NCBI GenBank assembly: GCA_001896555.1
Contig: MPOS01000002.1
Span: forward strand, 77,371 to 141,370
Length of the DNA: 64,000 nucleotides
Source: Candidatus Phosphitivorax anaerolimi
Lineage (GTDB): Bacteria; Desulfobacterota; Desulfomonilia; UBA1062
Reading direction: 5' to 3'
Below, one piece after another: positions 28,274 through 38,218 of the stretch. The translations under genes and the position numbers were made by a program. The notes under the pieces were generated by a model. That model was not told the DNA's origin. It worked only from the letters and a program-made list of their open reading frames with translations, and did no database searches. Numbering within the stretch: position 1 is the first letter of the stretch; every line of letters begins with the position of its first letter.

Positions 28274-28992
28274 GCCGGCAGGCGAGGGCAATCATCCTAT
28301 CCCTCTTCCTCCATGCCGTGGCCGTCGCATCGGTTTGGGCCATGAGCTGCTCTTTCAATTCTCTCTCCCAGCCTGTAACCATTGACCTGAGCCTCCTTGA
28401 TGCCGGAGGTCTCCTTGCCGGGAACGGATTGCCGGCAGACAGGCATGCCGGGGGTCCCTGCCTGAAGCCGCCGGAGAAGGCCTTCAAAAAGAAAAAGCCG
28501 GTCGAGAATGACGTGCATGAACCGATTATTCCTCTGGCAGAAACGCGGAATCCGGCGCCTGACGCGCTCTCGGATACAGGGGCAATAGAGCCCCTTGCAT
28601 CTTCGGACCCGGATATTCAGGCCACCGGCGGAACAGCCGCTGTTGACAGAGCGGAATCTCCTTCCGGGAGCGGTTCCTCCTCCATGCCTGGAGGGGCTCA
28701 AAGAGACGGCCATGCACTATACACGGCGGAGCAGTTCAATTATATCAAGGAGATGATCCGTAAGAACCTCGTTTATCCTCACATGGCCAGGAAGCTCGGC
28801 GTGGAGGGCAGCGTGGTCCTGGCTTTCATCGTCCTGCCCGACGGCGGGGTGAAGGATGTTCGGGTTACGATCAGCAGCGGCAGCAGCATTCTTGACAGCA
28901 ATGCCGTCACTACGGTCAGGAAGACGGCGCCTTTCCCCAGACCGCCCGTAGAGGCAGAGATCATCATTCCCGTTGTGTACAGACTGAAATAG
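28270..28992 (+). CDS. tonB: TonB-family energy transducer
   Basis: N-terminal TM anchor, Pro/Ala-rich linker and TonB C-terminal domain (GSVVLAFIVLPDGGVKDVRV). ATGA overlap with exbD. Confidence 0.7.
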   Translation: MSRQARAIILSLFLHAVAVASVWAMSCSFNSLSQPVTIDLSLLDAGGLLAGNGLPADRHAGGPCLKPPEKAFKKKKPVENDVHEPIIPLAETRNPAPDALSDTGAIEPLASSDPDIQATGGTAAVDRAESPSGSGSSSMPGGAQRDGHALYTAEQFNYIKEMIRKNLVYPHMARKLGVEGSVVLAFIVLPDGGVKDVRVTISSGSSILDSNAVTTVRKTAPFPRPPVEAEIIIPVVYRLK

Positions 28993-29006
28993 TTCCGGTA
29001 ACAAGA

Positions 29007-29894
29007 ATGTCTGAAAGAGATGATATGAAAAACAGAAGGGATGGGCAGCCGAATATGGACAGGATGCCGGATTGGCCCCTGCTCTGGAAGCAGCTAGCAG
29101 AGATCCAGGCCAGGGGCATGAATAAAAAACGGAGCAGCAAGCCCGAAGATGCGTGGGCGAACCGGGCGCGCACCTTCGGCGACAGCATCAAGAAACGATG
29201 GGAAAAAGAGGATTCCAGCAGGAGATTCCTGCTCGATCTGCTGAAGACCAATCCCGGATCCACCGTGCTCGACATCGGCGCCGGAACAGGTTCCTGGGCC
29301 TGCCTGCTTTCCCCGTACGCGGCCAAGGTCACCGCCCTCGAGCCCTCGCCCGCAATGATCGCACTCATGGAGGAGAACATCAGGGGGCTCGGGATCACGA
29401 ATGTGGAGATCGTCGAGGGCTCATGGCCCGGCGCCCAAGTCCAGGACCATGACTTCACACTGTGCTCGCATGCCATGTATGAATGCACCGATTTCCCCGC
29501 CTTTGTGCGGCGCATGAACGACGTCTCAAGACGCTGCTGCCTTCTCCTCATGCGTGCGGCTGTTCCCGACGGCGTCATGGCCGAAGTCGCCCGGGAGGTC
29601 TGGGGGCAGCCGCATGACAGCCCCAATTTCCTCATCGGCTACAACATCCTTTTCCAGATGGGCATTTTTGCAAACGTGCTCATCGAGGACACCGGCCTCT
29701 GGAAGCCCTGGACCAATACCGATCTGGATGAGGCCCTGGCCGACGTGAAGCGCAGGCTCGGATTGGCCGGAGATGATCGTCACGACGGCCCCATTGAGAA
29801 AATACTGATCGACAGGCTTACCTGGAAGGATGGAAGGCTCGTCTGGCCGCCCGGTGTCCGCTCGGCCTTGGTGTATTGGTACAAGCAGACATGA
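29007..29894 (+). CDS. class I SAM-dependent methyltransferase
   Basis: Motif I VLDIGAGTG. Last gene of the co-directional block. Confidence 0.65.
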   Translation: MSERDDMKNRRDGQPNMDRMPDWPLLWKQLAEIQARGMNKKRSSKPEDAWANRARTFGDSIKKRWEKEDSSRRFLLDLLKTNPGSTVLDIGAGTGSWACLLSPYAAKVTALEPSPAMIALMEENIRGLGITNVEIVEGSWPGAQVQDHDFTLCSHAMYECTDFPAFVRRMNDVSRRCCLLLMRAAVPDGVMAEVAREVWGQPHDSPNFLIGYNILFQMGIFANVLIEDTGLWKPWTNTDLDEALADVKRRLGLAGDDRHDGPIEKILIDRLTWKDGRLVWPPGVRSALVYWYKQT

Positions 29895-30013
29895 AGGCTC
29901 CCCGGCACCTGCACGGCTTCTTCATTGGCAGGCAGATAAAAAATGCGCGCACTGCCCCGGAAGACCGGATCATCGTCATCCGGATCCTGTGACCGGTTAC
30001 GGCAGGGGCGCTG

Positions 30014-31969
30014 TCAAATCATCCGGGCAATGGATGCGCCATCGAAGGTTGCGTTGATGATTTTCCGGGGTTCTTTGCAATCCCCGATGACATACGTCTC
30101 CCGGGCACAATCGCGGGCAGCCTCCATCATGACGTCCGCCGGGCGCGAACCCAGGGCAATCACGACGTTGTCCGCCTCGAGAAGCGACTTGTTTCCCCAG
30201 CGGTCCAGCACCACCACGCCCTGGTCCGTGATCTCAGCAATGACTCGGCTGAGAAGGGCCTTGATCCCTGCCTGAGGCATCAGCTCGGTCAGAAAGTCGT
30301 ACCGGGTAATGGGTTCCATGTCGGAGGCGAGATTGTCCAGCATCTCTACGATCGTGACATCCTTTCCCTGTTCGGCCAGAAACAGGGCTGTTTCGCACCC
30401 GACCAGACCGCCGCCCGCCACCACGACCTTTTTGCCGGGTACCTGTGCCGAGGCGTTGAGCACATCCCAGCTCCCTCTCACCTTCTCGGAGTTGTCAATA
30501 CCTTTGATGTCAGGGACAAGGGGCACAGCACCGGTCGCAAAAATGACCACATCGGGCTTTTCCCTCTCGATGGTGTTCGCATCTACCGGCGTGTTCATCT
30601 CCATCCGGACCCCGGCTGCCTTCAGCGTGTGTGAATAATATTCAGGAATAAAGCTCAGCTTGCCCTTGCCCGGCCCCTTGACGGCCGTGCGCACCTGGCC
30701 GCCCAGCTCGCCGCTTTTTTCGTAGAGGGTCACTTCGTGCCCCCTGAGGGCGGCCACCCGCGCGGCCTCCATGCCGCCCGGACCGGCGCCCACGACCATC
30801 ACCTTTTTCCTCTTCTTCGCCGGGATCAGGTTCACCCATCCTTCAAACCGCTCGTGGCCTGTCACCGGGTTTACCGTGCACCTCATGTAGAGGTCGTTGA
30901 ACACATGCCCCCCGATGCAGCCGATATTGCAGCTGATACATTTTCGGATCTCGGGCACCCTTCCTTCCTCGACCTTCCGGGGCCAGTGAGGGTCGGCGAT
31001 GAGCGTTCTGCCCAGTGCCACAAAATCTGCCATGCCCTCCTCGAGGACCCTCTCGGCCACTTCAGGGCTCCGGATCTGTCCGACCGTGATGACCGGGATC
31101 TTCACCACCTTCTTGATTGCCGCAGCCAGATACGCCCTCCACCCCTCCTCGAAGCGCATGGGCTCGAGGATCCGCTGCATGGATTCATAGATGCCCGCAC
31201 TCACATGCAGGACATCGATGCCTGCATCCTCCAGATATTGAGCGATCTTTTTTGCATCGTCCAGCGTGATCCCTCCGGGCACGAACTCATCCGCGCTGAA
31301 CCGGAACGACAGGGGGAAACGGGGGCCTACCTTCTCGCGCGTGCGCTCGATAATCTTCAAGGGAAACCGCATGCGCCGCTCAAAGGTTCCTCCCCACTCG
31401 TCTACCCTCTGATTGGTGTGCGGAGACATGAACTCATTGATGAGATACCCATGGGCGCCGTGAAACTCTACACCGTCCATCCCGGCCATCTTGGCCCTGA
31501 GCGCGGTCTCTGAGAAGCGCTCCACCAGGTCCTGGGTCTCTTCCGGCTTGAGCGCCCGCACGGGCTGCTGGAGAAAGCCGTCGGGTATACCTGATGGATC
31601 GACGCCCTCTTCGCCCTCGATGTCGTGGTACTGCCGCCCCGCATGGTGGATCTGGATGAAAATCTTCGCCTGGTGAGCATGCACCGCCTCGGCCAGCTCC
31701 TGGAATCCTGGAATGTACTTGTTCTTATCCAGTCTGAGCTGGCACGCCACATTCTTTCCCTGAGGGTACTTCACCTGGACGTTCTCGACAATGATCAGCC
31801 CGGCGCCGCCTTTCGCCCGCTCCGCATAGTATCCGATCAGACGTTCGGTCGGCTCTCCTGAGGGGCCGGCATAGTTCGTAGCCATGGGCGGCATGACAAT
31901 TCGGTTCTTCACTGTCATACTCCCGATCCTTCCCTCTTCGAACAGCCGGTAATACGGCGTACACGGCAT
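30014..31969 (-). CDS. NADH:flavin oxidoreductase (Old-Yellow-Enzyme TIM barrel fused to FAD/NAD(P)-binding domain; 2-enoate/2,4-dienoyl-CoA reductase-like)
   Basis: OYE N-terminal motifs (MPPMATN, IQIHHAGRQ), 4Fe-4S Cys cluster and a C-terminal GAGPGG dinucleotide fold. Confidence 0.8.
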   Translation of the reverse strand: MPCTPYYRLFEEGRIGSMTVKNRIVMPPMATNYAGPSGEPTERLIGYYAERAKGGAGLIIVENVQVKYPQGKNVACQLRLDKNKYIPGFQELAEAVHAHQAKIFIQIHHAGRQYHDIEGEEGVDPSGIPDGFLQQPVRALKPEETQDLVERFSETALRAKMAGMDGVEFHGAHGYLINEFMSPHTNQRVDEWGGTFERRMRFPLKIIERTREKVGPRFPLSFRFSADEFVPGGITLDDAKKIAQYLEDAGIDVLHVSAGIYESMQRILEPMRFEEGWRAYLAAAIKKVVKIPVITVGQIRSPEVAERVLEEGMADFVALGRTLIADPHWPRKVEEGRVPEIRKCISCNIGCIGGHVFNDLYMRCTVNPVTGHERFEGWVNLIPAKKRKKVMVVGAGPGGMEAARVAALRGHEVTLYEKSGELGGQVRTAVKGPGKGKLSFIPEYYSHTLKAAGVRMEMNTPVDANTIEREKPDVVIFATGAVPLVPDIKGIDNSEKVRGSWDVLNASAQVPGKKVVVAGGGLVGCETALFLAEQGKDVTIVEMLDNLASDMEPITRYDFLTELMPQAGIKALLSRVIAEITDQGVVVLDRWGNKSLLEADNVVIALGSRPADVMMEAARDCARETYVIGDCKEPRKIINATFDGASIARMI

Positions 31970-32368
31970 TGGTGCACCTCCTTTTCATTCTCGTATTCTC
32001 CCTTGAGCTTCCCCGGGAATGTCAGCCGGTCTTCATGGCTGGGTGCATCCAGTCCTCTTTGGGCATGCACTATGCGCGTTCCCGCAGCCTTGGATGAGAC
32101 GCTGTGCTTCCTTAGGTTTGATATCCGGGTGTTATTCGATGATGGTACAGGCCATTGCGAGGCACGCCCTTTGACCCGGTTTGGAGCAGTAAACAGTCTG
32201 AAAGGGGACATCCCCCTTCCTGGAGCAGGGGAGCTTCTCGGGCGCTTCTACTCTATATATATTCTTCAGGACAGGGGAACTCAAACCGTATGCGGCGCCG
32301 CCAAGGTCTCCGGCCGATCATCCCCCTTTTGCGCCCGCTTCAAAGGACTCTGCGGAAGATGCGCCGCC

Positions 32369-33946
32369 TTATTGCAAACCGCCGGATCGGTCCGTTCTCA
32401 CCACCTTTGCCGTGGGCCGTATCTTGCCCAGGGCCCGGTAGGCGTAAGCCCTCACATACCATGACGGGTCGTGGAGAAAGGACTGTTCGAGGAGATCGCC
32501 CGCCTTATCGGATGGCATGTCGCCGAGCGCCCGGCACGCCCGTGTCCGGACGTTAAGCTGAGGATCAAACAGGGCCTCTTCGACAACGTCCAGATAGCGG
32601 GCATCCTTTCTCATGCCTGCCTCGTGGATCGCCCGGAGCCTGATGCGCGGGCTGATGTCCCGCGCAAATCTGTTCAGCTCACCCGGTGTGAACTCATCAG
32701 GAAAGGTCAGGAGCGCGATGTAGCGCATCTCCTCGTGCTCGGACAGGATATACTCAGCGATCTTTTCCGGATGCAGGATGAGCTTGTGGCGCTGGTATAC
32801 GCTTTTCCACGCCGGGTAAAAGAGCGAGAGGTACAAGGCAAAGAGCACGCCTGCCGCAATCTTCGACCTCAGGGAAAGGTTTGTGAGAAAGAGCGCAAAC
32901 CAGAGCATGAACAGAACCGGGATGAGCACCAGGGGCCCGCGATAGAAAAAGAGGCCGATGCCATGGCGCAGCATCCTGTTCTTGTCAAAGGCGATTCCGG
33001 TTTCCGCCTCCTTCATGATACGGTTCGACACATTGGCGGGCCGGTCGTCCCGGAGGATGACCGAGGTGCAGGAGAGCTTCTCCTTGCTCACCGCCAGGTC
33101 GCGGAAGGCAAGGCCGCAAGGGTCAGGGGTACGCACCCACAGACTTCCGTGCGGCATGGGGCCGATGGCGCGTATCTCGTCCGAGACCGCGATCACCTTC
33201 TGCTCCAGGGCCGATACCGGCTTGATCACGTGTGCGGCAAGCAGGGTGTGATCGTAGTAGAAGTCCGATATGTTCCTCATGACCGGGAGTGTGAGCATGG
33301 AATCTCTGATGACCTCGAACGAGGCATTGCCCAGCACGAGCATGAACAGAAACGGGGCCGAAACAGAAGCGGCCAGGGCAAACCACCGCCTGAACCTGAT
33401 CTCTCGGGGCCTGCTTCTCCGGATGATCAGGGCCCAGGGCACGAAAAACGCCGCCGGGCTCAAAAAACCGAAAACAACCGAGAGCACCGGTTCCTCGGCG
33501 CTGTAGCCCAGCCAGGTGCACAGAGCGCCCAGGGCAAGAAAGGCAGCGATATCGGGCCACGAGTACCGGCTTTTACGCCAGGGGAAGAAGGACAGTACCA
33601 TTGCCGCCAGGGCGTTCAACACACCCAGCGTACACCCGAAGAACAGGGCGCTCGAAAACCTGTGGCTGAAATGTGTCAGAAATGGATCATCAGGTTTGAC
33701 CAGGGGCTCCATGCCGGATGAGATGAAAAACTGCATCTGCGAGGAGAGATGTTGTGCATGCCGGCTTACCAGGATGAACCCGAACAAGGTGATCAGAACG
33801 ATGCTGCACAGCGTGCCGGCAAAGGACGCGCGGAACCACTGAGTGTAATCGCGGTACCCGGACAGGCCGAACACCCTTACCCCTGCACTGACAGCATCCG
33901 GCAACGGGGTTGCGTTGTCTATGAGCTGTCCTGAAGCGTTATACAA
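32369..33946 (-). CDS. polytopic membrane protein with C-terminal HEAT (PBS-lyase-like) repeats, function unknown
   Basis: Multiple hydrophobic helices in the first 400 aa or so. The C-terminus has repeated ...VRxxAxxALGxI HEAT-like units. Confidence 0.5.
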   Translation of the reverse strand: MYNASGQLIDNATPLPDAVSAGVRVFGLSGYRDYTQWFRASFAGTLCSIVLITLFGFILVSRHAQHLSSQMQFFISSGMEPLVKPDDPFLTHFSHRFSSALFFGCTLGVLNALAAMVLSFFPWRKSRYSWPDIAAFLALGALCTWLGYSAEEPVLSVVFGFLSPAAFFVPWALIIRRSRPREIRFRRWFALAASVSAPFLFMLVLGNASFEVIRDSMLTLPVMRNISDFYYDHTLLAAHVIKPVSALEQKVIAVSDEIRAIGPMPHGSLWVRTPDPCGLAFRDLAVSKEKLSCTSVILRDDRPANVSNRIMKEAETGIAFDKNRMLRHGIGLFFYRGPLVLIPVLFMLWFALFLTNLSLRSKIAAGVLFALYLSLFYPAWKSVYQRHKLILHPEKIAEYILSEHEEMRYIALLTFPDEFTPGELNRFARDISPRIRLRAIHEAGMRKDARYLDVVEEALFDPQLNVRTRACRALGDMPSDKAGDLLEQSFLHDPSWYVRAYAYRALGKIRPTAKVVRTDRSGGLQ

Positions 33947-33948
33947 TT

Positions 33949-34515
33949 CTACTTCAATGACTGTCCGATCTTTGCGGCCTTCTCGGCATTCTTGTACTGC
34001 CTGAGAAGGCTTTCTATCTCGACGGACGACTTCACGCTCTTCCTGCCCCTCACCGCCTCAACATCCGACCGGGAAATCCATACGTTCTTAAAGTTCTTTT
34101 CCTGCTTGGTAAACTCAATGAAATTTGCCAGAGCATCGTCACAGACATGGGTGAACCTCCGGTTGTCGAAGGAGGCGATGTCCCGGATCTTCTCCACCGT
34201 GTCCTTGCCCAGCCTCATGACATACCGTATGCGCTTCTCCGAAGTGTCGGCCCGCGGCCCGACATAGCGCTTTTTTTTCCGTATGGGGATTTCTCCGCCG
34301 TATTCCTGCTCTTTTTTGAATATGTATGCATCCAGTGCCGCGCCTACGAAATCGACCATGGCGATGTTGAGCATGCGGGAGATGACCCTGAGCTCGCTGA
34401 GATTATTCGGCTTGAAATACATCATGAACCGGGACGAACCATTACTGCTTTCTCTAGAATTCATCGATGCTCCTCCTTGATGCTGCCGGAACAGCCCCTT
34501 TCTTCGCTTCTCCAC
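33949..34515 (-). CDS. hypothetical protein
   Basis: ORF with coding-like composition and a 2-nt gap to the downstream HEAT membrane gene; no recognisable motifs. The start may instead be the internal Met (MNSRESS...). Confidence 0.4.
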   Translation of the reverse strand: MEKRRKGLFRQHQGGASMNSRESSNGSSRFMMYFKPNNLSELRVISRMLNIAMVDFVGAALDAYIFKKEQEYGGEIPIRKKKRYVGPRADTSEKRIRYVMRLGKDTVEKIRDIASFDNRRFTHVCDDALANFIEFTKQEKNFKNVWISRSDVEAVRGRKSVKSSVEIESLLRQYKNAEKAAKIGQSLK

Positions 34516-34575
34516 GGGGCACTGCTTCGGCTGTTCCCCGGGCCGAACTCTTCGTGGTGAAAAACACTAACCAAC

Positions 34576-35133
34576 TCATACTTCCATGATTTCTTTTTCT
34601 TTATCGGCAAGCATGGCGTCCACCTGCCTGATATAGTCATTGGTGAGGTCCTGGACCTTGTCCTGCGATGTTTTCAGCTCGTCCTGGCTGATCTCCTTGT
34701 CCTTTTCCAGGTCCTTGAGCATTGCATTGGCGTCCCGTCGATGGTTGCGGATCTCCACCCGGTACTCTTCCGCCATCTTTTTCACCATCTTCACCAAGTC
34801 TCTGCGCCGCTCTTCGTTCAAGGGGGGAATCGGTACACGGATGATCTTTCCGTCGTTGGCCGGGGTCAGTCCGAGTTCCGACTTGAAGATGGCCTTCTCG
34901 ATGCTCGATATGGCGCCCTTGTCCCACGGCTGAATGGTGATGAGCCGGGGCTCCGGAACAGCGAGTGTAGCCAGCTGCTTCAGCGGCGTCGGGGTCCCGT
35001 AGTAGTCGACCATGATGCCGTCCAGGATTCCGATAGAGGCCCTGCCCGTTCTCACCTTCTGCAACGACTGCTTCATGGCTGCAACAGTCTTTTCCATATC
35101 CTGTTTCATTCCATCGATCACTTCATTCATCAT
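34576..35133 (-). CDS. frr: ribosome recycling factor
   Basis: Full-length RRF similarity (VRTGRASIGILDGIMVDYYG...). Confidence 0.95.
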   Translation of the reverse strand: MMNEVIDGMKQDMEKTVAAMKQSLQKVRTGRASIGILDGIMVDYYGTPTPLKQLATLAVPEPRLITIQPWDKGAISSIEKAIFKSELGLTPANDGKIIRVPIPPLNEERRRDLVKMVKKMAEEYRVEIRNHRRDANAMLKDLEKDKEISQDELKTSQDKVQDLTNDYIRQVDAMLADKEKEIMEV

Positions 35134-35855
35134 ACCCTGTCCCTCCTTGCAGTCACGACCGAGCCGATATTCTCTCCCGCAAGCATCCTTTCGAGGTTTC
35201 CCGGGGTTTTGATATTGATAATACGGACAACGAGACCATTGTCACGACAGAGGCTCGTAGCGGTCAGGTCCATGACCTTCAGCTGCATCGCAAGCACCTG
35301 GTCGTAATCGATTTCAGGATAGAAAACGGCATCGGGATGCAGGACCGGGTCCTTGTCGTAGATGCCGTTGACCTTTGTGGCCTTCACGAGCGCATCCGCC
35401 CCGATCTCCAGGGCCCTGAGCGCCGCTGCGGTATCCGTGGTGAAGTAGGGACACCCGGTGCCCCCGCCGAAGACCACCACGCGCCCCTGTTCGAGATGTT
35501 CCCGCGCCTTCTCCGCGCTGAACGCATCCACGACTGTGGGCACGGCAAAGGAGCCGAGCACGGTGCACTCGGCTCCCTGACGCTTCAACGTATCCCTGAG
35601 GGCGAGCGCGTTGATGAGTGTGGCGAGCATGCCCATCTGGTCGGCACTCACCCGGTCGGAGGCTATAGCGGAATCCTGTCCGCGGAAGATGTTCCCCCCG
35701 CCGATCACGATCCCGATCTGAACGCCCATCCGGGCGGCTTCCACGACAGCCTTTGCTATGGCATCGAGGGTCGCCGGATCGAATCCGTATCCCCTGTCTC
35801 CTGCAAGGGCCTCGCCGCTGAGTTTAAGGAGAATACGCCCGTAGAGAACAGACAC
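35130..35855 (-). CDS. pyrH: UMP kinase
   Basis: LKLSGEAL and GGGNIFRG motifs. Confidence 0.95.
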   Translation of the reverse strand: MSVLYGRILLKLSGEALAGDRGYGFDPATLDAIAKAVVEAARMGVQIGIVIGGGNIFRGQDSAIASDRVSADQMGMLATLINALALRDTLKRQGAECTVLGSFAVPTVVDAFSAEKAREHLEQGRVVVFGGGTGCPYFTTDTAAALRALEIGADALVKATKVNGIYDKDPVLHPDAVFYPEIDYDQVLAMQLKVMDLTATSLCRDNGLVVRIINIKTPGNLERMLAGENIGSVVTARRDRV

Positions 35856-35858
35856 TGT

Positions 35859-36458
35859 TTAGATCTCTTCTCCCAACTGGTACCGGGTGAAACGTCTCAC
35901 CAGGCATTTCTCGCCGGTCTTGGCCATCAGCTCGTCCAGGAGCTGTTTGATGGTCTTGTCCGTATCCTTCACAAAGGGCTGATCAAGCAGGCAGTGCTCG
36001 GCGTAGAACTTGGTGAGCCTCCCCTCGATGATCTTCTCGATCACCTTTTCGGGCTTGCCTGATTTGAGCGCCTGCTCCTTGAGGATCTCCTTCTCTTTGT
36101 CGAGCACAGCCTGGGGGACGTCTTCCCGGCTCACCCAGTCAGGGCTTGCTGCAGCGATGTGCATGGCAACGTCTTTGACAAAGGTGGTGAAATGCTCTGA
36201 CTTGGCGACGAAATCGCTCTCGCAGTTCACCTCGACCAGAACGCCGACCTTGCCGCCCAGGTGGATGTAGGAAGAGACCATTCCCTGGGAGGCCTGCCTC
36301 CCCGAACGCTTGTTCGCAACCTCGATCCCCTTCTTCCTGAGGTATTCAACAGCCTTGTCGAAGTCCCCGCCGCATGCTTCGAGGGCCTTCTTACAGTCCA
36401 TCATTCCCACGCCGGTCTTGTCTCTGAGTTTTTTTACGTCTTCTGATGTGATCTGCAC
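35859..36458 (-). CDS. tsf: elongation factor Ts
   Basis: N-terminal UBA-like VKKLRDKTGVGMMDCKKAL signature; short-form EF-Ts (199 aa). Confidence 0.95.
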   Translation of the reverse strand: MQITSEDVKKLRDKTGVGMMDCKKALEACGGDFDKAVEYLRKKGIEVANKRSGRQASQGMVSSYIHLGGKVGVLVEVNCESDFVAKSEHFTTFVKDVAMHIAAASPDWVSREDVPQAVLDKEKEILKEQALKSGKPEKVIEKIIEGRLTKFYAEHCLLDQPFVKDTDKTIKQLLDELMAKTGEKCLVRRFTRYQLGEEI

Positions 36459-36478
36459 CTTATTCTCGCCTCCCTCGA

Positions 36479-37396
36479 TTATTCGGCAAAATCTTCCGTG
36501 TCGTCGGCGTCACTGCCGCTGTCATCTATTGTTGTCTCCGGCTTGGGTTCCGGTTTCGGTCCCCTCTTCCTTCCTTTGCCTTCCTTGACGATGATCTCTA
36601 TCTCGCCCTCGAGCCCTTTGCCCATGGTCTCCCTCGGGGCCGCTTCTTCTCCGGGCGCAGCAGCCCCTTCAGACACGGCAGCTTCCTTTTCCTCTTTCTG
36701 GAGCCTGTCGATATATCGGGAGGTTCCTTCACCCACGGCGTCGGCGATCTTCGAGCTGAAAAGGCGGATGGCCCTGATGGCGTCGTCGTTGCCCGGTATG
36801 ACATAGTCGATCATGGTCGGGTCGCAGTTGGTGTCTACGATGGCAACTATGGGAATACCCAGCGTCTTGGCCTCTCTCACAGCGATATATTCGCGCGAGG
36901 GGTCGACGATGTAGAGGATGTTCGGCAATGTCTCCATGTTTTTGATCCCATGGAGGGAGCGCTCGAGTTTGATCTTGTGGCGCTTCATGCTGATCTGTTC
37001 CTTCTTGGGATAATCCTCGATCGTGCCGTTATCGATGATGCTCTCGAGCCATTTGAGCTTTTCGACGCTCTTGCGGATAGTCTGGAAGTTGGTCAGGGTC
37101 CCGCCGAGCCACCGGTAGTTCACATAGTACGCCCCTACCCGGGTGGCTTCTTCTTCGATGGCGTCCTGGGCCTGCTTTTTTGTTCCGACAAAGAGCACCT
37201 TGCCGCCGTTTTCCGTAACCTCGCGGATAAAGTCGCATGCCTTCTCGAAGAGCTTTTCTGTCTTCTGAAGATCGATGATGTGAATGCCGTTGCGTGATCC
37301 GAAGATGTAGGGTTTCATCTTGGGGTTCCACCTCGGGGTCTGATGCCCGAAATGCACCCCTGCCTCTAAGAGCTGTTTCATGGTTACTACTGCCAT
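36479..37396 (-). CDS. rpsB: 30S ribosomal protein S2 (with acidic/Pro-rich C-terminal extension)
   Basis: [22 protein letters not shown] signature. Confidence 0.95.
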   Translation of the reverse strand: MAVVTMKQLLEAGVHFGHQTPRWNPKMKPYIFGSRNGIHIIDLQKTEKLFEKACDFIREVTENGGKVLFVGTKKQAQDAIEEEATRVGAYYVNYRWLGGTLTNFQTIRKSVEKLKWLESIIDNGTIEDYPKKEQISMKRHKIKLERSLHGIKNMETLPNILYIVDPSREYIAVREAKTLGIPIVAIVDTNCDPTMIDYVIPGNDDAIRAIRLFSSKIADAVGEGTSRYIDRLQKEEKEAAVSEGAAAPGEEAAPRETMGKGLEGEIEIIVKEGKGRKRGPKPEPKPETTIDDSGSDADDTEDFAE

Positions 37397-37578
37397 TGAC
37401 TGTCCTCCTGGTTTTTCCTCCGTCCGGCAGGACCAATCCTTTTAAAAGACAAAGGACACCAATAAGCCCTGCGCTGTCTTGCGGACGTGTGTTTTGGTGA
37501 GCCCTTTATCACACAAGGTCGGCGGTTTCAAGGCCTGAATATTCCAAGAAGCGAAATATTGTTCGCATGATGCCCCTT

Positions 37579-38154
37579 TTACTTGAAAAACGGGGCAAGC
37601 CTTTTGAATTGCGCGGTTCCGGCCTTCTCCAGAAGCATGAACGCGATCATCTCGGTTGAGTAGATCAGGGCGCCGGCGCTTCGCATCTCTCTCATGGCCT
37701 CTTCCCGGTCCAGCTCGCGCCGTGAAGACACGGCATCGCTTGCAACAACGACCCGGTATCCGGCCATGAGAAGGTCGATCACGGTCTGAAACACGCAGAC
37801 ATGCGTTTCCATTCCCGCCACGATCACGGTGTTTCGCCCCAGGGAATCGGTCCGATCCCTGATCGCGGGGTCGCGATAGCAGCTGAAATAGAGCTTCTCA
37901 TAACGGTGGGTGCCGCGGATATGCTCTTCGATCTCCGGGATGGTCCCCCCCATGCCCTTGGGGTACTGCTCGGTTACCACAATCGGCATATCCAGCGTCT
38001 GTGACGCCTCTATGAGGATACGGCAGTTCCTGATCAACATCGATCTGAACCGTTCGTCCATTGCGGCGAACAGCTTCTCCTGGATGTCGATGAGCATGAC
38101 TGCACAATCTTCGGCCTGGAGCAGAAATTTGTTCATATGCATTTTCCCGAACAT
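37579..38154 (-). CDS. isochorismatase-family cysteine hydrolase
   Basis: Isochorismatase-like segments (AVMLIDIQ, VIVAGMETHVCVFQT). The track ORF extends to 38247, but that begins at TTG and would overlap the next gene. Start placed at the first in-frame ATG (MFGKMHMNK). Confidence 0.65.
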   Translation of the reverse strand: MFGKMHMNKFLLQAEDCAVMLIDIQEKLFAAMDERFRSMLIRNCRILIEASQTLDMPIVVTEQYPKGMGGTIPEIEEHIRGTHRYEKLYFSCYRDPAIRDRTDSLGRNTVIVAGMETHVCVFQTVIDLLMAGYRVVVASDAVSSRRELDREEAMREMRSAGALIYSTEMIAFMLLEKAGTAQFKRLAPFFK

Positions 38155-38218
38155 AGCTGTGTCTTTTACATAATACAGTTCCAAACTTCTTTGCAATGTC
38201 GATTCTTTTCTTTTTTCG

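Noticed and set aside
32471-33721. 416-aa plus-strand ORF; similar long antisense ORFs at 12379..13212, 19908..20738, 23070..24251, 24285..25028, 30737..31513, 35337..36062, 47147..48037, 48921..50060, 51732..52931, 55248..56306, 57830..58642, 60788..61570 and 9823..10740
   Set aside because: All lie opposite genes with unambiguous conserved-domain translations. Their own translations are Arg/Pro/Gly/His-rich without motifs, so they are GC-skew shadow ORFs.
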